DNA from: Phoronis australis
Lineage: Eukaryota > Animalia > Phoronida
Length of the DNA stretch: 64,000 nucleotides
Reading direction: 5' to 3'
Assembly: GCA_002633005.1 (NCBI GenBank)
Contig: NMRA01000060.1
Coordinates: forward strand, 783,417 to 847,416
Below, in pieces: positions 28,053-40,828 of this stretch. A model generated the notes under the pieces. That model did no database searches and was not told the origin of the DNA. It saw only the letters and a list, made by a program, of their open reading frames with translations. How positions within the stretch are numbered: the stretch's first letter is position 1; the number at the start of each line of letters is the position of its first letter. The translations under genes and the position numbers were made by a program.

Positions 28053-28336
28053 GGGGTCCGTTTCATAAAAAACGACCTATGACTTAAGTCAGAAATTTGA
28101 TCTTTCGCTCAACAAAATAATTTTTGAGAAATACTTAGATCTCGCTTGAGTAAAAATGCAAAGTCTCTGAGAATATGCACATAACTGCTAAATACTGAAA
28201 TAGTTTCTATAAATTATGTCTAGACTGATTTTCTCATGATAACGTGGTTAAACCTTTATTCATCAATTGTGAAATGGTAGCCTAAGACCAAATTTCTTGC
28301 CTTAAGTATTACATCAATTTTCGTTAAACAGACTCC
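28053..28336. mobile_element. Degenerate MITE in ephrin intron
   Basis: Left GGGGTCCGTTTCATAAAA..ACTTAAGTCAGAAATTTGATCTT; reverse complement of the right end is GGAGTCTGTTTAACGAAAA..ACTTAAGGCAAGAAATTTGGTCTT. Confidence 0.6.
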
Positions 28337-28581
28337 ATATTTAGAGCATATCTGAATGTGATAGACATCCAGGCTTCTTTTGGAGGCTTCACAATAGTTA
28401 TTGAAATTATTGGTCATTTAGTGACTAAAGAGACTCGTCTTATCATGTGTGCGCGAGTGTGTGCCGCTGTCCTGTCAAGTCTGGTTGGCTCCCATGCAGC
28501 CATTTTTCTTACACTTATTTTCTACTTTGGACGTTATAACCGTGGTTGGTAGATGATAACCCATGTTATTATATCTTCCAG

Positions 28582-28692
28582 CCATGTCTACAGGTTCTGA
28601 AGATGGGCTAGACAATGCCAACACAGCGGAGAGTGCCTGTCATCGTCGTAATATGAAGGTGACCTTTGTTGTCCGCGGTGCAGCACCTCCAT
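28582..28692 (+). CDS. Efn: Ephrin exon (end of ephrin domain, Cys4); absent from ORF track
   Basis: cttccag|CC ... CCA T|gtgag, phase 1-1. Encodes TMSTGSEDGLDNANTAESACHRRNMKVTFVVRGAAPP (ephrin CxxxxMK motif). Confidence 0.92.
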
Positions 28693-29084
28693 GTGAGTAG
28701 TACTAGTCGTTACGTGATCTCTTGATTGAATTTACAGACTCCTTGGTAGTTCTTTATATTTTATCTGGCTTACTGCATTGGTGGATCAATATATTGATGC
28801 AAGTCTCCCACCTGATTGTCAGTGAACAATGATGTGTAAATGTAGATAGGAGGATGTTTGCCTGTTCTTCTGGTTTTGGCAAGGTGAAGTTTCTTACTTG
28901 TTAGTTTGTTGTTTATTTAACATGTTGGATTTAGCCACGATTTTAACTGAAAAATGATGGTAAACCATTTGTTCTTGTCTGCTGCTTGTATTATAGTATA
29001 TACAGTGTTGTTCTGATAAGTATGTGATCTGTGTTTTGACAACCATTAATGTTGGTCTGATTCGTTTGTTGTTTGTGTTTACAG

Positions 29085-29219
29085 CCAGCTCACCGGCCAG
29101 TGTACCCCGCACCCCGTCCACTAGTACCACCACCACCACCCCCAGTCCACCTAGAGTGGACCAGACGACCACTACATCTGCCACCAAAAAGACCATCAAA
29201 ACAGTAGTTCCTAAGACAA
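29085..29219 (+). CDS. Efn: Ephrin Ser/Thr/Pro-rich stalk exon
   Basis: tttacag|CC ... ACA A|gtgag, phase 1-1. Encodes SSSPASVPRTPSTSTTTTTPSPPRVDQTTTTSATKKTIKTVVPKT. Confidence 0.88.
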
Positions 29220-30933
29220 GTGAGTATACTAACCATGTAAAGCACAAGTATTTCTACAGCAATTCCATATGCAGCCTGCAGATGGGCATCGACTGCAAAA
29301 ATACACAGGTCAAGACTGCTTTTGTTTCTGTAGCAAATGTTTAGTATAAATCTCGACTATAAGTATTTTGTTAGAATGGAAGAAGAGGACTTGATTTTTT
29401 ATTAGAAATTCAAAAATTACTTTCACTCCATAAATTAGAAGTCGAAAATAACCAAGTTGACACACTATCAGACTTCGCCATCATTAGTTTTCATTGACAC
29501 GAAAATTAGCGAATCACGAGGCCACTTGTATTGGTTATTCAGTGCCATCCGATTGAAGGTGTTATAACTACCTACTGTGATTGGTGGATTGATCGCTTTG
29601 TTTGACTTTGACTATCTCCAACAAACATAGCGCTGTTGCCAAAATAGCAAAGTGTGCAAATGAGATTGTTTTTCTAAAGAAAAATAGCTTCTAGGGATGA
29701 AAGTTAACGGTTTCTGGAAGGTTATTCTAAGAAATGACTAGATTTTGCATGTAAGGGATCATCGATGGGAAACGACAAATTTTACAGAGCAATTTTCATG
29801 TGCATCTGTGGCCATAGCAACTGCTTCAGCATATCGTAGGAAATGCTCATCAGTCTCGCGAATATTGATAGTGATAAGTGGCAACCATCAATGGCTGAGT
29901 TCTGGAAGACTAAGAATGACATCAACTCACTGCTTAGCTTGAGTTTAACAATGTTCACATACATTCGTAAGTCTGCTGTTTTGTCAGTGACGGTCGTACT
30001 TATTCCAACTTGCGTCAGTTTGTATCATATGATAAGTATTACCTAAATATTGAATAAAATTTATCATGTAACTATAAAGTTGCTTAACAGGTAAGCAACT
30101 GGACCCTTATCACACTATGTCAACTCCCTTTCCTATTACACGACTGCTCATTAAGCATCTCGTCTTACAGCTAAAATCAAATCTGACGTGCCAAGTACTT
30201 CAAGGCTGTAAACATGCGGTTTAATGCCCATGCTGATGACATCACCCACACCCTACTGATCTTTGGATTAAGCTCCGACCGCTCATTTAAGAACCCACCT
30301 TCTACTTTTTAAAAATATTCAGTTAATCTCCCACTGCTTGGGTTGCACCACCCTTTTTGCTTCACAGACAAAAAGCAGTAAAGTGTGCTTTCAAATGCAG
30401 AAGCAGATCAGTTTTGAGTCAGAAGTGCAGCCATTGTCTATTCTATAAGGCCCCGTCACATTAGGGCGACTGCAGACAAGTATGTAGATACGAGCTGAGC
30501 TCATCTCATAACTCGATGCTGTGTTTCCTTCTCTCAGTGAGGCAAAATGCTCGTTGTAAGCTACATTCGTAATAATCAGCATAAATGTAGTACAGGTGTT
30601 TACAATGCGTAATTGAGCAAGAGAGCTTTGTTGTCAAGTGATGCAACAATTAATTTTCAGTGATTGACAGAGTAATCGGTTAATCACTTAGCTCACATCG
30701 TCTGCATGCTATGTTGGGTTACACTCGCCTGGTAAAATAATTCAACAAGTGTGACGCTTGTGAGTTCACATTACTGCCTCACGAGGCAAAATCCTCATGG
30801 CTTATTTTGCCGCAGATGTGAGCTATGAGTTGGGCTCATTTGCATTCCAAGCATTTAGCTGTACGCCTGTGTTGGCCCTTAGATTTAGCCGTGTTTATTT
30901 CTTCCTATATTAATGGAAACTATCCTATTTCAG

Positions 30934-31100
30934 CCAAGAAAATACCAAGTGGGGGCACAGACGATAACCACAATAACGTTGAAGGGAAGGGGGACACGGG
31001 CCAGCAGACAAGTGGACAATCCTGTGTGAGACTTGACAATTACTTACTGCTGATGCTGTTGTGCTTTGCACTGCACTTATTCCTACTACTACGGACATAG
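30934..31100 (+). CDS. Efn: Ephrin terminal exon, GPI-anchor-signal-like C-terminus
   Basis: tatttcag|CC, phase 1. Encodes TKKIPSGGTDDNHNNVEGKGDTGQQTSGQSCVRLDNYLLLMLLCFALHLFLLLRT*. Confidence 0.85.
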
Positions 31101-33917
31101 CACTGCTAGGCAGACTCTTAACAAGTTGTGATTTCCATGCCACTGGGTGTACAGCCTGTTGTATGTTGCTGAGCTCAACGCTGAAAGGTGGATTTACGCT
31201 TAGTGCTCTATCGTGAACTGAAACCATAACGCCTTATCGTCGTGGGCACCTGCTCTATTTATGGCATGCAGAGATGGCATGCAAGAAAATGACTGTGTTG
31301 GAATCTTTGACAAGAAATGGACTTGTGCAATAAAAAGATTTTGACCTGCCACAAAGATGAGTGTGTTCTTTTCCAAAGGAAAAATGTGACGGCCTTGGTG
31401 CATATTTGCTGCGTTTGCCATCAAGACATATCATAATATGGTCACAAAATATTATCGGTGACCTGTGTTAATCAATATTGACAATGGAATGCGGTGTAGT
31501 CTTAAAGGGTGGAAGATATGCAATGCAATAAACTGTGCCCAATTAAATACACAGCAAACTGTTTATGTGCTTGGAGTGACATGTCAACTTTTGTATATTT
31601 GTTCATGAACTGGGAATTTATTGTTATTTATTTCGTAATTTTTGTAACATCTTGTGTTAAAGTTTTAAATGTATATATGTATAAAGACAGAAAATGGACA
31701 CAAATTCCCAAGTGAAAGTAGATTCACTCTAAAAATTGTCTATTTAAGTGATTTTGCTGATCTGTATGAATGGATTGGATGATGAATTCTTAGTCGCTGT
31801 CCATATTAGATATGGGTGTCTGCATAACACTGGAATCCATTTGATTTGATCTAATCTGAATTATGATTTCCAGTGTTTTTTGTCTGTCTTAGAATTCATG
31901 TAGCTCCTATCAACCTCGAGTGTGGCTTATGGTAGTTCTATTACGACCTGTTTATTCTTTAGCACTTCATCCTAATAATTGACTTCAGTTGTTAAGTTTC
32001 AAACTATGTGCACTTTGATATTTATAAATTGCCAGATCTTTTGCACTTTGCTGTACACAGCCGTACTTCTCACTGCAATAGTCATCTGATGTCATCACCG
32101 CCTGCAGCAGTGTGTTTGGTGAATGTGATTTGCATGATTTCGCTGCTATAAAATGCAGATGCCAGTGTTTGTGAAGATGACCTCACTTCACTGAACTCTG
32201 TTTGCGTGGTTGGTGAATGCCAAAGGTGAGGAGTAGTATCCTAAACCTTGTGTAGGACCACTGCCTTTCTTTGGGCCACAGTGGAACTGAAATTTTCCTG
32301 TGCAACCCTTGGCAGCATAATTTTTATGCTTTCGTTATCTGTTTTGTTTTAGTGTCTTCTACAATTTCCCATATCTTTATTATTCTGGTATTGGACATCA
32401 ATATATTGACTAAACCAACTCACAAACTCATCCTCAGCCATGACATATTATGAGCCTCCAGTGACACCTGTTGGCCACCTTAGGTTGCCAGGGGTGATAG
32501 TTTAGTTTTGTGCAATAAGTAAACAAATCACTATATGCACATGTAACGCTGAGGAACAAGTTAATAGAATAGTCCGCACTGCTCTTAAAGCAACTCTAGG
32601 AATAGAATTCTAAGACTTCAAGAAAACTCCACGAAAGTCGTTTTTTAGTAACTCAAACTGTATGAAATGGAAAAATTTTGACATTTGGACTACCATGATT
32701 CATTCTCATAACTAATTAAATATTCCTGTTGTGAGCCAATATATTTTCCTTGCCTCAGTATTGGCTCTTGTAGCATCAGAAGTACAATTGTGTTATTCAT
32801 GTTGACAATGCAGCATTTTCCAGGCATTTTCACCACTTGTTGATAGAAAATTGCACCTTGTGAATTAACATCTGAATTACAGGCTTACTGGGCCATGCTG
32901 TGTCGAATGCGTTGAAAATAATTTCTGGTGTTGGTAACTGCTTTACTGAGAATATAACGGTGCTAGGTCCTTTCTAGAGACATGTGTGACATATATATAC
33001 ACATATATAATATATAGTATTGTTATAAGGTATGTTGTACATAATGAGTTTAGGGACACTCTATAACGAGTTGAGGTGACCCCACTTAGATATTGCTCCT
33101 GTTAAGAATAAATTTGTAAGATGGCCTTACTCACAAATCTTCATATTCCTGTGCATTTTCAGTTGATTATTCCAGGGTATTGATCTCTCTGTGTTTTTGA
33201 TGTGCACTAATCCAGAATTCTTATAACTTCCCGAAGGTTAGGACTTGATTTGTGTGCAGTGTATATAGTTTTCAGTAGCTGTGGAATATTTCTAAGATAA
33301 GCAACTCAGTTATAAATTACATAATATTTTTCACCTTTCAAGTAACTAGCAGTCACAGTTTACTTTGTTTGTGTTAAAGCCCCCCCCCCCCCNNNNNNNN
33401 NCCCCCCCCCCCCCTCCACCCCTTCAGGGGCCTGTGATGATTTCCCATATCCAAAACATTAAGTGTTAAATCACTTACTGGGATTCAAAGGCAGTTTGTC
33501 ATTGCTTCTGCCAAGAGAACTTGCTGACAACCATTATGACTGTTAGTAAGATACCAACATGGGTTTATAGAGAAGATTAATTCTCCACAATTTCATTTTT
33601 GACAATGAATGAGTACACAATAATGAAAGCTAAAATTGACTTCTGGAAAGGCGTGTTTTTGACATCCAAATTACCTGTTGTTTTGGGATTTTAAAATATT
33701 TCCTAGTTTTGTTTTTAGTTTATCAAGGTTGTGCTATGATTTCACACTTTGACCAAGAATTTTTTCGGGATACTTTCACCTTTGTTTAGTTATGCTTGGC
33801 ACGGCACGGCTCGGCAGATAGTGACAAGTAATTATACTTGTGTTATTGACTGTGAGCTTCTGAGCTTATTTTGACTTGTTTTGTATAATTCATGAAGTTA
33901 TGTAATGTTTTGATTAA

Positions 33918-33923
33918 AATAAA
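33918..33923 (+). terminator. Candidate ephrin polyadenylation signal
   Basis: AATAAA overlapping ATTAAA, followed by a GT/T-rich tract. Coincides with the end of the CpG-depleted domain. Earlier AATAAAs (e.g. ~31328, ~31527, ~33107) are alternatives. Confidence 0.45.
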
Positions 33924-35229
33924 CAATGTAAAATAGCTTGTGTTTTTATTGCAAGAGTATTATATCGTGTACCGAAATACCCGAAGTTTTAAAGGTGTTT
34001 TTATACACATTGTATGAATCTTAAAACGACATTAAATCGTGCCTCGGGTCAAAAAAGTCTCGATTTAGGCCACTTACCGTTGTAAAATTAATCTCTTGTT
34101 TCTTTATCAGTTCAGAAGTGATCTCTGTGCGAGGAAAGAACCGACGATTCGATATTCAGGCCTAGTACGTAAATATTCAGCATCCTACGCACGATGTTGG
34201 TAATTTTCTGAGCACGATACATGTACGCGCACTTGCTACCCATGATGGTACATTACAGGCTCAACATTAGAAAGCCATAAGCTATTCAATTGCTAAGTTG
34301 TGCCCAACACATCTGGACATGAGATAAATACTTGCATAGCCACAGCTCTCACCATTTCTTGTAATTCCCTTGAAATAGAAGGAATAGGACCTTTTGAAAC
34401 GTCAAAACAGAATTTCAAGGTGATTTTCAAACATTGTGGATTTTGGGAAGGCCTCAAGAGTACAAAAGTGTAAATAAACTAAGCAAGCGTTTCGACGCAA
34501 CTTTTCCGTCCTTACATGTTTGTGATCGGTTTCAAAACTTCTTCTACATTAATTAACAAATGTGACATCTTCATCTCCAGGGTTTCCACAATGTCATACT
34601 CGTCATTTTTTTGCATTAAACATTCATTGGAATGCCAATTTTGGCTTAAGGATTTTAAAATTGTGATTTTTTGAATTTCCTTAGCAGAATAATCCGGTTC
34701 AAACTTTATTTTGTTCATTTGCCACAATATCTTTTTTTAATTTTTCTTTCCAGTCCTCCAACTAATTGATTAGTTTGTGTTCAACCTGGTCTGGGTTCCG
34801 TATATCCCACGACTTTGGCTTGTACTTGTGGCGACGGAAATATCATTTTGCTATGTTGAGCAAGAAAGCTCCCGAACGTATTCACGAAACACTCGCTTGC
34901 AATTCACCCCGTGATTTTGTAACTAGGTCTTGCGAGATCATGGTCGTTTAGTTTTCCAAGGTATTGCGAGATTATGCTTTTCTCGCAAGAAAGTGGTATA
35001 TATGCGTATGATCTGTCTAAGGAACGCTCTCCTGTGTAACAGTGTGCCAAAACAGCTCAGTGAATTAAATTACGAGCACTCGTTCAAGGTTTCTCGGGAC
35101 CCCATTTCTGTAACAAGTCTGTGATCCTAGTAACTTGAGCTGCCTCGCCTTGTCAGTTTTTTATCCAGGCCATCGGTTGCCACAACTCTTTACCCTCCTC
35201 CACCCATATACGTCAGAATGTTTAGTTGT

Positions 35230-36295
35230 ACCCAACTAATCCCAACTTATCTCAACTTATCCTGCCATCACCACTGATGCAAGCCTGTTGCTGACATCTT
35301 GTTATGTTATCAAACTGCCCCTGTAGGTAGCGCAGCGATTAGTGGTAATAGTTGAATTAGTTGAAATGCGTGTCTCTAACATTGTGAGCCTGTGAATGAC
35401 GTCATGTACGTTATCTACCTGTCCGCAGGTGGTGCAGCGACTAGTAAGAATAGTTTAATTAGTTGATTTTAGTTGAACCCAGCTAATCTCAAGTCATCTC
35501 AACCTATCAAGCCCTGAGCTATTCAACTAATTCAACAGATTCTACCAGTTGTACCGCCATCTGAAGTATTCCTGGCATTATGAGAAAGAAAGACCTGACT
35601 TCCCTGCAGGTGGCACAGCGATTAGTGGGAATAGTTGAATTAGTTGAAATGCTTGTTCTGTGTCTCTCAAGTTGTGAGCCTGGTGAGCTGGCGTCATGTA
35701 CGTTATCTGTCTGCCTGCAGGTGGCGCAAAGATTAGTGCCAATAGTTGAATTGATTGAGATGCGTGTTCTGTGTATCTCAAGTTTTGAGCCTCAGTGTTG
35801 CCGATGCCATGTTGTTACCAGCCTGTCCCTGCGCTGAGATGCCGCAGCGATTAGTGGGAATAGTTGAATTAGTTGAAATGCGTGTTTGGAGTCTTTAAAA
35901 TTGTGAGCCTGTTAATGATGTCATGTAGCCTACGTTATCTACCTGTCCACCGATGGCGCAACGACTAGTGGCAATAGTTGAATTAGTTGAAATGCGTGTT
36001 CTACTTAATCTACCTACATGTAATTTTATCTACCCGTTATTTAGTGAATTCCCGCAAGTGGCGCAGCAATTAGTGGGAATAGTTGAATTAGTTGAAATGC
36101 ATGAGCTCGTTGCAGACGTCGTGTACGTCATGTATCAGCCCTCAGATGGCGCAGCGATTAGTGGTGATAGTTGAATTACTTGAAATGCGTGTGCCTGTTG
36201 CTGACGTCATGTACGTTATGAACCAGCCAACAGATGGCGCAGCGATTAGTGGGAATAGTTGAATTAGTTGAAATGCATTTTTGGTGTCTCTGAAG
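35230..36295. repeat. Complex tandem array, ~90-120-bp units, about 9 forward copies plus inverted partial copies
   Basis: Recurrent CAGRTGGCGCAGCGATTAGTGGGAATAGTTGAATTAGTTGAAATGCGTGT. Inverted TTCAACTAATTCAAC occurs near 35522. Confidence 0.9.
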
Positions 36296-38956
36296 ATTGT
36301 ACTGGAGCACAGAATAATTGATAGTTATATTGAGTTTGCATTAAAGAAACCTGGAACGCGATAAACAGACTAAATTGCAATATTGGAAGTGGTTCTCTGC
36401 CGCGGCACTGAAACAGATTTCAACCTGTTCACCAGGTATTTTTAGTGTTTGTTAGTCAAGATTTTTAATTTTTGTTGTCACCATAGCATTTTCTTTTAGT
36501 TTCACATTTCAAAAAAGCAATCTGTCATCTGCTTGCCACTTCGTCGACTTTCCCCCGCAAGGCAAAGCACGTCTGGTGGTAGCACATTTCCCTTATATGG
36601 AAAATGTGACCTTTGGCCTCAAATGACTTCAAGCGACTGATTGTGAGCGCACGCGCGCATTTATCATAAGTGGGAGGGAGATTAGAAACTCTTAGGTAAC
36701 AACAGAATTTTTCCTTCACGCATATTTCAAAAGTCATGAATTTCATGATTTTCCTGGAAATTGAATTGCTCTGTACTAGACGTTGCGAGATGGTACTTTC
36801 GTCAGGAATTGTCTAAAAGATAGTTTTGACGAGCTTTCGCGTTCAGTGTCTCTTTAAAGCAGAACGAAAACGGAAAAATAATTTCGAGTACGACATCAAA
36901 TTTGGACATAAGGCCCTGTGCCCAAGTAACTGAACGTGATCGTGAGCTAGTTGCGATCAGTTTTATTGCGGTAAGCGGTCTCAATCGAAAATAACTATTT
37001 CTATTTCTGTACAAAAAACAATTGCGTGTATTTAGATTGTTGTCAAATTTCGCCGGGTCACGAACTCGTGCTTTTTCGGCGAAAGTTTACAATATAGGCT
37101 TGATTGTTTCAAACGGCGCCCATTGTGCCAAGCATTAGAGTGGTGGTAAAGCGACTAGTCGTCTGCGACTTTATAATCGAATGGCGTATACGACAAATCG
37201 GGGTGTGTAGGCAGGTGTTCAGACTCGTAGAAAACTCGTACACGACCAATAGATTTAAAGAGAGGAAGTCCGAATTTGCTTCGATATTCGCTTCACTCAG
37301 AAGTCGTTTCTAGTACTGCTGGGTCACTGCATTTCCACACATTCCGTATCTCGTACATATGAAGTCGGCACGAAATCATATACGGAAAATCGAATTGCGT
37401 AGACAGTGTATACAGTGGTGACGTGTGAGGTAGCGATAAGACACCGAACAACTGGACAACGCTTGATATCTCGTTCAAAGGAATGTGGATACAAATAGTG
37501 AGTTGACAGTGGAATTCGAACTCGCACTTGTAAATCAATTTTAATTTTAATTAAGAGTGTTGATTGCTGCAAGACATTTTCGTCAGTGAGGATCGTAATG
37601 GTAACATATATTTTTATTACGACTAGCGGCAAGTGTAGTGTACTGAGAATGGTTGACAATGACAAATGCCGCCATCGCTTTCGGACTGGTGATGCCAAAC
37701 CAAAAAAGAGAAACTAACGCCTGATGGAGCGCGTGATTTCCTACAGCGTGACAGTGAAACCTCTCCACACAATAATTACGTTACGTTGACAGGTTATCAC
37801 AAGACGGTTGAGCATGCACTAAGAACCCATGTTTCTTCTGAACGTTATCCAATTACTGAGTCTTATATCGTTACCTAAGGATAGGCGATACGAACGATTT
37901 AAAAACTCATGTACGCCCACATTTGCCTATATTAATCCCAACAATTCCACCCAGTTTAGCAGCGGAAACCCGTCAGTGGTACGCCCTTAGTTTGTACTGG
38001 TGTTTAAACGCCTGTGTATCAGATTAGACTTTTAGGATTTCGTTCGAATCAGTTATCTTGGCTAAACATTGTCACGTGACCTCATTACAAATAAATATAG
38101 CCGCAGTCTGATTTTGATCTTATAGAGTCTCAGAACACAGAAATAGATGATCGATTCAATATTTCGGCTATAGTGGTTGCTGCATTGAGAACGACGAGTC
38201 TCAGCCGGGAAAGAGGTGGTGGAGATGATTGGATTCAGCGCAGTTTTTGTCTCACTGGCTATAATATCAGGTATTTGATAAAATAATTTAGAACATTCAG
38301 TCCACAATTTGTAAACCGTTTACTGAGACTAGAGTGCCCAGATGTTTACGAGTGTGCGACACTAGAAAAAAAATTATTTATCGACACTTAGCAATAAAAA
38401 TTGAAATCTTGACAACTACATCAATAGCACATCGACACGTCTTCTGAAACATTATATCTCAGAAGTGGCTGTTCAGATTAAAGTGAAACTCTATTTTCAG
38501 ACACTGAAAAATTACCATGTTCGTTTATCTTTAAGTGATATTGACTGCACATCTTGACGTATAATCACAGGACAAATGAAATTTATCTTACTAGTACTCA
38601 TAATGTGCTATCATATCTCAGTTTGTTTATTGCGGTATCGCAATTATAATTCGGTGACAGCTACGGTTCCTTTTTAGGGATTCGAGTTGCATAACTGTCA
38701 ACTTCGTTGTCATTGGTACCTGATGATTACTGAGTTTGTACCGGAAGTGAATAGCCCCATTCAGCTTCTGTTTGCTTGTTTTACTTACAAAATGTAATTG
38801 ATGTTATACACATTATTTTCATGTTTTTTTCGATAGGAAATCAAGCAGCGTGTTCATTATTGATTACCGTTGCGTGTATCGTACCCGGGCTCAGCTGTCA
38901 GAGGTACCATTCACATGACGGTTCATGTGACAAGCGCTGAACGTAAGGAGTACGAT

Positions 38957-39044
38957 ATGCATAACTGTAGCAGACAGCTTTCAAATGGATCTTCTGCAAG
39001 CATTGCGAAAATTATGCTACTGATCATGAGCTACGGTCACGTGG
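38957..39044 (+). CDS. Candidate signal-peptide first exon of the serine protease
   Basis: ATG...GTG G|gtaatg, phase 1 compatible with the 41675 acceptor. Gives ...IAKIMLLIMSYGHV-VRGVHA, a short hydrophobic core ending in a V-x-A cleavage-like site. Speculative. Confidence 0.3.
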
Positions 39045-40424
39045 GTAATGGCACTATTGTGACAGATGATTTTTGCACACGGTATCACATGAGAAAAAAC
39101 TTTCAAACTTTAATTCAGATGGCAACTTCTCAATTTTCGTGGAGTTGGTATAGACGGCTAGTACGCTGCCGCCGTTTTGCCATTGGTGACAAGCCGCACT
39201 TGCACTGCGCGTATCTCTCGTAGAGAAATTGGCGTGCAGGAATACAACCTTAGGCGGAATCGGGGCGGTGCGATGTGGATGACTGATACGTTACCTATCT
39301 CTCCCCTGCTTCATACAGTGTACTCCAAACGATGACAGTAATTGTTTTTGAAATGTCATATGATACTCACGTTTTCGTGATGGACTTTCACAAATGAGAG
39401 ATATAGAATTTTTTTAAAACATAAGTTGGGTCGAACGAAAACTGTAACAGCGTTTTATATCAAAACAAAAACTGATATCGTAATTTTGACATGAATGTTA
39501 TTTCCTTTCATCGTTTATTAATGTTAATTAATACACTGTCACGCGATAAAATTAATAGGAGATCGGTATAAAGTAAATAAAAATCATCTCCGGGCTTTCC
39601 ACTTCCAGAAAACGTCTACTTTTACTGAGTTAAATTCTACAATTTGTACAAACTTGCCGATGAAGTTCCATTGTTGTTGAATATTAATGTTGAAAAGTCA
39701 AACCATTGCTTGTTAATCAGTGTACGCAACTCACAACAGATCTCATACTACGTTAGCCGGTGTGGAGGTATGATCACTTGACTTAATTGTGCGACAGGTC
39801 ATAAAACTTTCGTAATATCCTTCCTTCCAGCTGAGCTTCAATGAACACGTGCGTATTGGGTCCTGGCTTACAGTACAAAAAGTACAGTAGAGCAATGCTA
39901 TAGGGAAGTGCGTAGCTCTCAGGGCTGGGTAACCCTGGCAAGAACGATCTGGCTACTTTAAGATAAACAATTTAGGAAGTAGTGTTGAAAATAGAAGGAC
40001 TGTTACTAAATAGCCTTCTACTAATTTGGGAAAGTGCGTAGGAACGAAGTGTCCCTTTAATGCAAATAATCAAAGGTGAGCGTGTTATCTAGTGGTAGCA
40101 CAGGATAGCTAAGCAAATGAATAAGAAAGTTGTTCGGGTTTTCATAATGATTTTAAAGAATATTTTCGTAACACCAGTATGCGACTGTACTACGGACACC
40201 TCGGGTATTTTCGTAGCCTCAAATTTACCTTTGGACAAAGATACTATATCCCACTTAGGTATCTATAAAATCTTTGCTTTGAAGGACAACGTTATCTGCG
40301 CATGTGCGGACTTCAGTTATGAGGCAAGTCATGTGGAGAATAGTTAACTGTTTGACAGAAGTTCGTACGTGCTGATTACGTTCGCCACCGAGAGGAAATT
40401 TGAGATTGCAAAAATACCCAAGTG

Positions 40425-40828
40425 TATCGCTGGCCAAATAGGTGAACATTACACACGTAAATTACGTGCGTAAATTAATTCTCGTTACTGGCGTAAATTA
40501 ATTATTAACGGCGTAAATTAAATATTTGCGACTTAAATTAACCTTTAATGGCATAAACTAATTATTTGCCGTGTAAAATAACTTTTAACGGCGTAAAGTA
40601 ATTATTTTCGGCGTAAAGTAGTTATATGCGACGTAAATTAAAGTTAATTTACGTGCGCAATTTACCCACGTGAATAATAAATTGACTTGCGTAAATTACG
40701 CAGGTAAATAATTACTTTACGCCGATAAAAGTTGCTTTTCGCCATAAATCATTAATTTACGCCACTAACAAGAATTTGTTTACGCACGTAATTTACGTGT
40801 GTAACGTTCACCCATTTGGCCAACGATA
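40425..40828. mobile_element. Foldback-type MITE with ~80-bp TIRs and internal ~21-bp repeats
   Basis: TATCGCTGGCCAAATAGGTGAACATTACACACGTAAATTACGTGCGTAAA mirrored by TTTACGCACGTAATTTACGTGTGTAACGTTCACCCATTTGGCCAACGATA. Internal GGCGTAAATTAATTAT repeats. The terminal TA may be the TSD. Confidence 0.88.

Noticed and set aside
28894-29247. Hydrophobic Val-rich minus-strand ORF
   Set aside because: Antisense shadow of the Thr/Pro-rich ephrin exon.
34487-34518. Minus-strand Penelope-type minimal hammerhead-like motif (GACG...CGTCGAAACGC)
   Set aside because: The CUGAUGA box is absent (CATGTAA instead).
35319-36295. CRISPR-like appearance of conserved repeats with variable gaps
   Set aside because: The gaps are homologous to each other, the context is eukaryotic, and there are no cas genes.
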